Positions 1-7,713 of a DNA stretch of 32,000 bases are shown here, in pieces. Position 1 is the first letter of the stretch; the number at the start of each line of letters is the position of its first letter. A model generated the notes under the pieces. The model did not search any database, had not been told where the DNA came from, and saw nothing but the letters and a program-made list of their open reading frames with translations. This DNA comes from Escherichia coli (lineage in GTDB: Bacteria; Pseudomonadota; Gammaproteobacteria; Enterobacterales; Enterobacteriaceae): NCBI RefSeq assembly GCF_041003625.1, contig NZ_CP162987.1, one strand, 5' to 3'. The translations under genes and the position numbers were made by a program.

Positions 1-192
1 ATAAAGATCATTGCCGATACCATCCGACAGGGATTTGATAATGGGCGCGTGATAGCTGAACGGATCAATGAAGCAGGCTATCAAACAAAAGCTGGTAAGG
101 CATGGGATAAAGATATTTACAGCGCGTGGAAGCGTCAGGGAAGCAATGCTGAAAAGTTATCAGTGGCGCTACATTCAGCGCCATCGCTATAA
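1..192 (+). CDS. C-terminal fragment of an open reading frame (…IADTIRQGFDNGRVIAERINEAGYQTKAGKAWDKDIYSAWKRQ…), possibly site-specific recombinase-like
   Basis: Frame 1 is open from base 1 to TAA at 190-192. The GYQTKAGKAW-type segment loosely resembles serine recombinase C-termini; truncated by the window edge. Confidence 0.3.
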   Translation: MKIIADTIRQGFDNGRVIAERINEAGYQTKAGKAWDKDIYSAWKRQGSNAEKLSVALHSAPSL

Positions 193-193
193 T

Positions 194-1156
194 TTATTCA
201 ATATCAAATAAATGCCTTGGGAAACCGTTATTATCAGGTAATCCCATGGCTGTCAGGTTACATCCTGGTAAGTTAGGCTTGTTATCTACAAGGTTGGCAA
301 CTTTTTTTATCCAGTCAGATCCCGGTCCAATTTTTTTCACTAAAAACCATAACACAGCGATCATTCCGTACATTCTTTCGTACGCATCATCATTCATATT
401 TAATTGTTCAAAGTACGGCTCATTTGGCAAAGGCATTAATCTTGGTTCGTTGACCTTGTTCCAGATGCGTGAATGGTGAGCGCACCGATTCCTTAGCACA
501 TTCATTGCGCTAAGCCAGTTTTGGAAGATAGCTCCATTGCCTGCCGCTATCCCTAGCCTAGATAGTATCCTGTTGCGATAGCTGTCTTTTAGCATCGCAT
601 AATACTTTGACATTAAGCCGAAGTCCCACACTTCAATAACCACCCAGAAAGGAAGACCTTCGTACTTGTTTTCATGCCATTTGATAAAGTCTTCGCGACT
701 TTTAGCAATCTCGGCATTATGTTTATTTATCCATTCTTCTCTGGCGCTTGGGCGACCATGGGAACGTGGTCTAAAGTGTTTTGGATTTATTAGCGAGTCA
801 TCAAGATATGCTAAAGGAGATATCTTACCAAGCTCATGAGCAATAACTGACCGAACATAAACCTCAATGCGTTCTAACGCATTCATCATCTGCAAACGCA
901 GATTTTTATCGAATAAATAGAGGTCATATACTGCGCGAAAATTAGTACCTGGACGAACCTGATCGAGTCTGGTTCTAATATTGTCTGTTGTTATATGGGG
1001 GATTCGGCAGGGGTACCAAAAGCCTGATAATCGGTAGTAGCCTACTTGTGAGATTTTCTTGATAGCATGTTCGCGATCTGGCACATCCATACCCCGAGAC
1101 AGCAATAAATCGACAAGTTCATCATATTCTTTATGAACCTTAACCGGAACAGCCAT
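194..1156 (-). CDS. Abi_2 (AbiD/AbiF-like) abortive infection family protein with HEPN-like RX4H motif
   Basis: 320 aa; N-terminal 'HAIKKISQVGYYRLSGFWYPCR' and C-terminal 'NVLRNRCAHHSRIWN' are characteristic of Abi_2; RNRCAH fits RX4H. Confidence 0.85.
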   Translation of the reverse strand: MAVPVKVHKEYDELVDLLLSRGMDVPDREHAIKKISQVGYYRLSGFWYPCRIPHITTDNIRTRLDQVRPGTNFRAVYDLYLFDKNLRLQMMNALERIEVYVRSVIAHELGKISPLAYLDDSLINPKHFRPRSHGRPSAREEWINKHNAEIAKSREDFIKWHENKYEGLPFWVVIEVWDFGLMSKYYAMLKDSYRNRILSRLGIAAGNGAIFQNWLSAMNVLRNRCAHHSRIWNKVNEPRLMPLPNEPYFEQLNMNDDAYERMYGMIAVLWFLVKKIGPGSDWIKKVANLVDNKPNLPGCNLTAMGLPDNNGFPRHLFDIE

Positions 1157-1188
1157 ACAAAAGGTTTCCTACCTCCAGATACAAGAAG

Positions 1189-1241
1189 GCCCGGCCATAA
1201 CAATTTCTCATCTAAGACAAGATAAAGCCAGGGGGCCGGGC
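1189..1241 (-). ncRNA. Candidate structured RNA or 5' leader immediately upstream of the abi gene
   Basis: Perfect 8-bp GC-only inverted repeat GCCCGGCC (1189-1196) / GGCCGGGC (1234-1241) around a 37-nt loop in the abi leader. Confidence 0.35.
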
Positions 1242-1328
1242 TCAGTTGAGTGTAACTCTATCCGAAGTTATCCACATGTCAATGCACAGTTACTTAGGAA
1301 ACTAACATAGGTACTATCATCACTCACG

Positions 1329-1351
1329 AAAAACCACTATATGTGGTTTTT
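1329..1351. terminator. Possible bidirectional intrinsic terminator
   Basis: AAAAACCAC-TATAT-GTGGTTTTT, perfect 9-bp stem with A/T tracts on both sides; only a short GC core. Confidence 0.6.
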
Positions 1352-1908
1352 ATTCATATCGTTATCCACTACAGGCTGTGTCAATAACTTTTACCTATTA
1401 ATTGGGTAATTTCTACATTTTCCTATGCTGGCTAGTTTCTCTACTGAAAAGTTGGCACTCCTTAATCGCTTTTCGGTTAATACTATCGGTCTTCATATTG
1501 CCAGCAGCATACGCCATCCGATAATTTCGATGCTACGCGCGCGTACTTGTCGCAAAATATCAGGCAAAGGCCAGATTCAGAAAGTCGTGATAACCACCAG
1601 CACAACATGAGAGGTCATGTAACGCGATTTATCACACCAGATACATGTGATTGGTGTACCCGCATAAAACATTGTCATAGCGCGTCCTGTGCGCATATAC
1701 GCCGATAATCAACACATCGCCACCACTCTGACTTATGTAGAGAACAGTTTTATGGTACTCCCCTCCATCGTGCGCGTACTTGTCTCGAAATTGGTGTTTT
1801 GCTGTGGCAGTGATATCAGAAAAATCTTCCTGTTTCACATAAAGCGGATATGCGCGTACTGTAACGGCCCCATCAACTGGGAGCGGATTTGAAATCCCGA
1901 CCCAAGCT

Positions 1909-2334
1909 ATGTACCAAATGCCATGTCTTGGATATATGATGATTGCCATTCTAAACAAAGCTAAAGGGAGGGTTGGTGTGAGGGGGCAGGCAGTTATAAT
2001 TATTTTGTTGGGTTTAATTGTCGCAAAGTTATACCCGACTTTATCGATGGTGTTTTTTGCCATTATTGGCGCAGCCATCTTTACTTATATCATTAAACAT
2101 ACCGCCTTGTGGTTCTATAAAATTGATATAGTTCAGAAGTTTGTACGTCCTGTGTCGATGTTATTACTAGCATTAATACCAATTGGTGTTGCTTATGTAA
2201 TTGATGTTTTTTACCCTTCGGACACTGAAAGGTGGTTGATAGTTTTGTATTGTTATATTGGTGTAGCTCTCTTTTGTGGATTTCATTGGTGTTTCGAAAA
2301 GATCAATGACTCTATTTCAAAGAATAAAGATTGA
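1909..2334 (+). CDS. Small integral membrane protein, possible superinfection-exclusion (SieA-like by position) protein
   Basis: 141 aa with several hydrophobic segments (AVIIILLGLIVAKLY, MVFFAIIGAAIFTYII, VSMLLLALIPIGVAYVI, WLIVLYCYIGVALFCGF). Encoded opposite to the ejection-protein genes and directly 3' of them. The start codon is uncertain. Confidence 0.6.
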   Translation: MYQMPCLGYMMIAILNKAKGRVGVRGQAVIIILLGLIVAKLYPTLSMVFFAIIGAAIFTYIIKHTALWFYKIDIVQKFVRPVSMLLLALIPIGVAYVIDVFYPSDTERWLIVLYCYIGVALFCGFHWCFEKINDSISKNKD

Positions 2335-2353
2335 GGCCATCCGTGGCCATTCA

Positions 2354-4471
2354 CTAGTCATTATCTGGATCATTAGATAGCCAAGTAATGATGCCCAGTC
2401 TGGCGATGGTCCGTTTTTCCTGTTCAGGAAGAGAGTTAAAAAAACTCTTCCATTGAGGGGAGCGCCTGATACGTGAATCAACAATGTGCCCAGGCGCTTT
2501 TCCGTGTAGATTTTTTACTGCGCTCTGGAAGGCTGGCGAGGCAATTAATTTATCCGCAGCATCAGCCGCCCCTGCTCCACCAGCTAATCGAGCTTTACTC
2601 GCCAATCTTGCTCCAATATCAGCCCCAGCAATGGCTCCAAGCGATCCAAAATGAGCGCCTACCATCGTGCCTATTTTTTGAATGTGTTTTGCTGCTAGTT
2701 CGTATGGAGCTGTTACCCGATTAAATCTGTTTACAAACTCATTCAGCTTACCAGTAGATATTTCATGCGCTTTAGCATTTTTTATTGCTCTGGCAACTTT
2801 GTATACATCATATAGTCCGCTCATTGTTTCTTTTGGCAAATGTTCAGCCAAAGTCTTTAGCTGTCCACTGTGTTGCAAGTTTTGCCACCAATCTGCAAAG
2901 CCAGATGGATTAAAGTCGGCCCCACGCTTCCCAGAGGAAAGCATATCTCTTAATGCTGTTCCTACTAGCTCCCTTCGCAATGTTCTTGATGGAGTATTTT
3001 GCATAATCTCACGAAACCCTCTCGCATCACCTTTTGCCATAGATTGAAGAGAATTCGTTACTTTATACGCTATATCCCCATTAAGTGTTTTCCCGCGAAG
3101 ATTTACCATTTGCCTTTCTAAGTTTTTTCTCATAGCTACAAGGCGTTGTGCGACTTCGAAATCTCGCAAGTATCCAGTATTGGATAAGACAGATTTTTGG
3201 TCTTCAGCTAAAGCTCCATATAGTCTTGATAGCGCTTCTTTATCAGCATCTTTGTATGGCCCCTGCTTTTTATTTAGGGCATCACCAACTAAACGCCTTT
3301 GCCTGTTTAAATTTGCATACGTTAGGATGCTATCTGGGCCGGGGTTTATTGCTGTAAAAACTCGCTTTTCTATTGGGTCAAGATTATCCCACCCTCCTAA
3401 ATCATCAGCGATTTTTTCCAGCATAGTGCTTGTGTTATTTGCTTCGACTTTTGTTCTTGGTGATAGAGCGGAATCAACACGTTTATATAACTGATCACTA
3501 CGGTTTTTTAGTGCTTCCATTCTACTATTTATCTGATAAATATATTTTTCGCTCATAGCTAACGCATCTGGCGCACCAGCAACATCATCGATTATCTTGC
3601 CAGCACTAGAGGCTAATTCGCTTATTGCTTTATCTTCTTGAGCTTTTAACGCTGATCCTGTCCGTGACTTTAGGGCTTGCTCTACAGCTTGGTATTGCTC
3701 ATTTCCTGATAAATGAGAAGGAAGAACTGAATCAACATGAAGCCTATTTGCAGCCTCAACAATTTCTTTCTGAGGTTTTAGATCTAGCCCTTCAAGCGAA
3801 GAGGCAAGATTTGGGTTGCCTTGTGCAGATAACTTACGAATTTTCTCTTCGGCAGGAGTAATCCCCTCAATATCTGGAATCGAAGAAACATTCTTCTTGG
3901 TTAATTTCCCAGCTATTTTATTAATTGCAGGGCCAGCAAGTTCGGCTACAGGGCCAGCCACAGCGCCAATAGCAGCGCCGGAAGCAACATCGCTATTTGT
4001 TCCATTGGCTACAATAGCCCCTTCTCCAGCACCAAGCCCTGCGGCGGCAGCCAGTCTTGCCGCCCCTTTGGGAACCTGAGAAATAATCCCACCACCACTA
4101 ACAAATGGCGCTGCTTGTCCAACGAACTCACCAACATCTTGTGCGGTTGATGGTTTTGCCGCTAACTTCTGCTGTAGAGACTGAATTGCGGCTTGCTCTT
4201 CTGGTGTCATATCCTGAAACAGGCCAACACCTTTACCAACATCCATCAATCCACTGAGAACGCCATACATAAAACGGTCGAAACCGTTAGCATTATTAAC
4301 AACATTTTCCTGTCTGGAATTTTCCTCTGGTGAAACCAAAGGTGATTGCTGCTGTTCTGGTTGGGCATCAAGCACAAAACCATCAGGAAGCTGTGAACTA
4401 TCAGGAAACTGTGAGTTATCAGGTTGTTCATCGAGCACAAAACCTTCCGGTAAGATTACATTTGCTGCCAT
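2354..4471 (-). CDS. Phage DNA ejection/transfer protein-like (P22 gp16 position)
   Basis: 705 aa; repeated 'LPEGFVLDEQP… LPDGFVLDAQP' N-terminus, Gly/Ala-rich segments, and location directly downstream of a gp20-like gene. Confidence 0.6.
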   Translation of the reverse strand: MAANVILPEGFVLDEQPDNSQFPDSSQLPDGFVLDAQPEQQQSPLVSPEENSRQENVVNNANGFDRFMYGVLSGLMDVGKGVGLFQDMTPEEQAAIQSLQQKLAAKPSTAQDVGEFVGQAAPFVSGGGIISQVPKGAARLAAAAGLGAGEGAIVANGTNSDVASGAAIGAVAGPVAELAGPAINKIAGKLTKKNVSSIPDIEGITPAEEKIRKLSAQGNPNLASSLEGLDLKPQKEIVEAANRLHVDSVLPSHLSGNEQYQAVEQALKSRTGSALKAQEDKAISELASSAGKIIDDVAGAPDALAMSEKYIYQINSRMEALKNRSDQLYKRVDSALSPRTKVEANNTSTMLEKIADDLGGWDNLDPIEKRVFTAINPGPDSILTYANLNRQRRLVGDALNKKQGPYKDADKEALSRLYGALAEDQKSVLSNTGYLRDFEVAQRLVAMRKNLERQMVNLRGKTLNGDIAYKVTNSLQSMAKGDARGFREIMQNTPSRTLRRELVGTALRDMLSSGKRGADFNPSGFADWWQNLQHSGQLKTLAEHLPKETMSGLYDVYKVARAIKNAKAHEISTGKLNEFVNRFNRVTAPYELAAKHIQKIGTMVGAHFGSLGAIAGADIGARLASKARLAGGAGAADAADKLIASPAFQSAVKNLHGKAPGHIVDSRIRRSPQWKSFFNSLPEQEKRTIARLGIITWLSNDPDND

Positions 4472-5799
4472 TTTCCGTTCCTGTAAATGATTTTCTGACC
4501 AGTTTTAGGGTTGGTTGCCGTTGCGCCTTCTGATATTCCTCCGGTTGCCGCTTTTGCCTGTCCAGTGCCAGCCTGTGATGTAGGCTGCCCGGAAACATCG
4601 TCAAATAGCTTCGCTTTCCTTCTTTCAAGGCTTTTTCTTAGCCCCTGAGGAATAGTTTCTCCATATGTATCGAGATACTCGTCAACCTGCTGGTTAAACT
4701 GCTGCCCCATAGCATTGGCGTTGATTTTTGCGGCGTTAACAATGTTATCCTTTGCCTCCTGCGACAGGCCGTTTCCAGCATTAAGCTGGTCTATGTATCC
4801 TTTGATTTGTCCCCATATGCCATCAGACCGCATTACCTGAACCTGTTCGCCTTCACGAACGACTGACTGCGGGTCAAGAGATTTCATGTAGTTGAAGATA
4901 ATCCCAAGTTGGGCAGCGCCAGTATTTACCTTGCTAAGGGCTTGCAGAGAGTTTGCCGCCGCTCTGACAGAGTTATAATTTTTGCCAAAATTGGTAATGT
5001 CAGAATTTAATCCCTTAATTAAGTCTGCTGACGGCTTACCTTTTTGCCCCAGCTCCATTAGCTTCAATCCCATCTCATCTGAGTGAATTTGTGCTCGCTG
5101 AGCCCTGTCTAGTTGAGCGTTCTGGATATTTGCCCATCCTCTCGCGTTCTCCATGTCAGCCTGACGCATACTTTCATCCAGTCGCCCTTGCTCAAGTCGA
5201 CGACCTTCCATTTGATCTTTGATATCGAAATACTTCTCATGACCGAGAGAAAACAGCGCCAGATTACCTGCGAAATGCTGGAAGCCCTGCGGGTCATTAA
5301 CCTGCATTTCAGCAATAGTTTCTGGAGGGATACCTAAACGACGCATCTCCTGCTCATTATCCATCATGAACCTGCCAAATGCGCCCGGACCAAGCGATGA
5401 GGCTACCTGTGCTTTGAGCGCCAGATTGCCATAATCATCCCTTTGAGCATCATCGACATAACTCATCCCTTTACGGACTTCCTCAAACTCTTCTGGGAAT
5501 GCTGTAATAAGATTACGCATCTGCTCCCTGTCACCGGACGCATAAGCATCTGCATAACCTTTCTGGAATGCCGCTTTACGCTCCTGCTGTTGCTGCTGCT
5601 TATAAATATCAGCAACTCCAGCCAGACCTCGAAGACCTGTCAGACCAACGTTATTTGCACCTGAGCGAGCCAGTTCATTGTTTTCGCGGATCAGACCAAG
5701 CGTTGCGTTAATGTCGCTTGCCTTTGGCGCATTCTCATTTTGCGCACCAATGCCAGCCAGAAAACCACCAGAATTAATACCCTGTTTCCACGTAGCCAT
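4456..5799 (-). CDS. Phage DNA transfer/ejection protein-like (P22 gp20 type)
   Basis: ORF 4456-5811; likely ATG at 5799 (MATWKQGINSGGFLAGIGAQNENAPK…), since 5811 is a GTG. Gln/Ala-rich coiled region typical of podophage ejection proteins. Confidence 0.65.
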   Translation of the reverse strand: MATWKQGINSGGFLAGIGAQNENAPKASDINATLGLIRENNELARSGANNVGLTGLRGLAGVADIYKQQQQQERKAAFQKGYADAYASGDREQMRNLITAFPEEFEEVRKGMSYVDDAQRDDYGNLALKAQVASSLGPGAFGRFMMDNEQEMRRLGIPPETIAEMQVNDPQGFQHFAGNLALFSLGHEKYFDIKDQMEGRRLEQGRLDESMRQADMENARGWANIQNAQLDRAQRAQIHSDEMGLKLMELGQKGKPSADLIKGLNSDITNFGKNYNSVRAAANSLQALSKVNTGAAQLGIIFNYMKSLDPQSVVREGEQVQVMRSDGIWGQIKGYIDQLNAGNGLSQEAKDNIVNAAKINANAMGQQFNQQVDEYLDTYGETIPQGLRKSLERRKAKLFDDVSGQPTSQAGTGQAKAATGGISEGATATNPKTGQKIIYRNGKWQQM

Positions 5800-5803
5800 T
5801 GAT

Positions 5804-5977
5804 TTACCCACGTCCAGTTAAAGTGTAAGCCAGCGCCTTATCCATTAATCCCCGAGCAATTTCGTGGATCGTTGGCGCAACTCCTACCTCTGATTTTTTA
5901 CGCTGCTCCTCCTGAATTTTCTTTATCGCTTCCATTTGCTTCTCACTTATCAATACCGGCTTTACTGAAATAGCCAT
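5804..5977 (-). CDS. 57-aa basic hypothetical protein (MAISVKPVLISEKQMEAIKKIQEEQRKKSEVGVAPTIHEIARGLMDKALAYTLTGRG)
   Basis: Complete ATG-TAA ORF directly upstream of the gp20-like gene, same strand; below the length cutoff of the supplied ORF track. Confidence 0.55.
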   Translation of the reverse strand: MAISVKPVLISEKQMEAIKKIQEEQRKKSEVGVAPTIHEIARGLMDKALAYTLTGRG

Positions 5978-6071
5978 AACGCCCCCTTAGAACTGTATAA
6001 AACAACAGTCATTATAGTTTCATAAAACGCAATATTCATCATTGTGATTGCAAAATATGAAACAAATAGCA

Positions 6072-6105
6072 CAAAAAAATGCCACCGCTCAGTAGCTGGT
6101 GGCAT
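6072..6105 (-). terminator. Rho-independent terminator for leftward transcription of the replication operon
   Basis: Minus strand reads ATGCCACC-AGCTACTGAGC-GGTGGCAT-TTTTTTG: 8-bp stem followed by a T tract. Confidence 0.85.
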
Positions 6106-6470
6106 CGTTCTGTATGTCAGGTTTTGACAGGTTTTTTATGGACTCTAAAAACTATATTTACGATGTCGCATTACTCTTCACGGCAGGCGCTTTCCAGTTC
6201 TGCCCTTGCTTCTGGCTCCATTGGTAATTTGATTCGCGATCAGCTATGCGGATGGTTTGCTGAACAGGCATAACAACATCTCAGAGGCTATTTTTTGAAC
6301 TACGAAAATTTCGTAGGTCTCTCCTTCAAAAACGTCACGCCCTTGTACACTGGATTTTACAAAAGTCTCGTAAAACTCTTTGCTGTTCTGGGCTATGTGC
6401 CAAACCGCAGCGAATACCTCCGTCTGCCAGATGAGCAAAACATACCTTATAAAGAAAATCGCTGTTTTTG

Positions 6471-6574
6471 CTGTACCACCTGTACCACCATGTCACAAAC
6501 CCTTGTGTGACGCGGCCTGCAGGTGGTACAGGTGGGTAAAAATGACCTCTCCCCACCTGTACAGACCTGTACCA
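6471..6574. repeat. Iteron cluster A (candidate ori or crr)
   Basis: CTGTACCAC at 6471 and 6480, GGTGGTACAGGT at 6522-6533, ACCTGTAC at 6555 and 6565: multiple copies of a GGTRYAGGT-like unit in both orientations. Confidence 0.75.
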
Positions 6575-6579
6575 TTTAT

Positions 6580-7317
6580 TTAATTTTTACCCATAGCAGC
6601 ACATAATCCCTTTTTTGAAATATTGAAAAATGCGTTCATTCTTCCCGCTGGCTTAACCTTGTAGCCGCTTGCCACCATCGCCGCAATAAATGCTCCGTTG
6701 GGGATATAGTGCGGGTGATCACTGTGCTGGTGGTTTATCTGGTTATATCGCTCCACTTCATGCTTCAACGTGTCAGATGTGGGGTTATCCTGCGGGAAGC
6801 TCTCAATCTGGGCATTACTCATCCCGTTGTCTCTGATCCATCTCAGGCAGCTTTTCGCCGATACGATAAATGACGGGTTATCAAGCGGGTTTTCCCAGTC
6901 CGCATTCCGGTTGTGGAGCGCCAGTCCGTCAAGGTTAAATTGTGGGTATTCAGCGGTAATTACTGTCACTGCGTGGCGGATTTCAGTTTCGTCACAACAT
7001 GGCTCATCTCCCACACCAGCAGGGTAATAATCTGAACCACCGGGACTGATACAGCTTTTACCACTGAAAGGCCATTGCTTCGTCATTTCGGGTGTTGAGT
7101 GATTACCGTCGCTCCGTTCGCGCTGTGCCTCTGTCCACTGGCTGGCATATTCAGTAAATGAAACTCTTTGCCCCTGGCGCATCCAGTGCGCAATCATAAT
7201 TAAAGTGCGTTCCAGACTTTGGATGTCGCCAGCATTCCCGCACTGTGTAGCGAAACTTTTTAATTCTTCGCGCTCCGTTCTGGTCATTCCCTGCAGTATG
7301 CAATAGTTATTGTTCAT
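6580..7317 (-). CDS. Hypothetical protein of satellite/prophage replication operon
   Basis: 245-aa ORF in the same orientation, overlapping the next upstream ORF at 7307. Confidence 0.65.
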   Translation of the reverse strand: MNNNYCILQGMTRTEREELKSFATQCGNAGDIQSLERTLIMIAHWMRQGQRVSFTEYASQWTEAQRERSDGNHSTPEMTKQWPFSGKSCISPGGSDYYPAGVGDEPCCDETEIRHAVTVITAEYPQFNLDGLALHNRNADWENPLDNPSFIVSAKSCLRWIRDNGMSNAQIESFPQDNPTSDTLKHEVERYNQINHQHSDHPHYIPNGAFIAAMVASGYKVKPAGRMNAFFNISKKGLCAAMGKN

Positions 7318-7537
7318 GTTTTACCTCTCTGATTTCTGCTGCCATATCTGTTGGCTCTATACAGCCGTCCCGACTTGCCACGCAGGGAATAATGATTTCA
7401 ACGGTATCGCCGTCAATACACATTTCAACATTCGCCCATGCCGCAATGGGTAGCCAGTCTGAACGCCCCTCAAACCGTAGCTGCCAGCCAGAGGAAGAAG
7501 CTAACTGGCGCACTTTGTAAAATGGTGTGCTCATCAT
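7307..7537 (-). CDS. Hypothetical protein (76 aa)
   Basis: ORF overlapping the 245-aa gene; co-directional with the operon. Confidence 0.55.
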   Translation of the reverse strand: MMSTPFYKVRQLASSSGWQLRFEGRSDWLPIAAWANVEMCIDGDTVEIIIPCVASRDGCIEPTDMAAEIREVKHEQ

Positions 7538-7581
7538 TGGTTGTTTCCTCTCAGCCAGCCAGAAGAAATGCGTTTGTTAAT

Positions 7582-7684
7582 GGTATAGGTGGTACAGGTC
7601 TGGTATAGGTAAGATATTGACCTGTACCACTATAACGCACTGTTTTTAATACTGAATTAGCAAAGTGGTATAGGTGGTACAGGT
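7582..7684. repeat. Iteron cluster B (candidate ori or crr)
   Basis: The 18-mer GGTATAGGTGGTACAGGT occurs exactly twice (7582-7599 and 7667-7684), with GGTATAGGT at 7602-7610 and inverted ACCTGTACCAC at 7620-7630 between them. Confidence 0.8.
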
Positions 7685-7713
7685 AAAAACGATCTTCTTG
7701 TAAAAAGACTATA

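Noticed and set aside
1-192. thrW duplicate (left att) at the window start
   Set aside because: The sequence 'ttgccgatacc' only superficially resembles the tRNA end; no extended match.
1632-2078. 148-aa minus-strand ORF overlapping the membrane protein gene and the preceding block
   Set aside because: Antisense to the better-supported transmembrane ORF and no recognisable domain. The C-terminal part (1632-1900) could be real, but I cannot support it.
5978-6580. Possible second att site separating the ejection genes from the satellite core
   Set aside because: Scanned for TTCGACTCCTATTATCGGCACCA or its complement and did not see it; no evidence for two tandem elements here.
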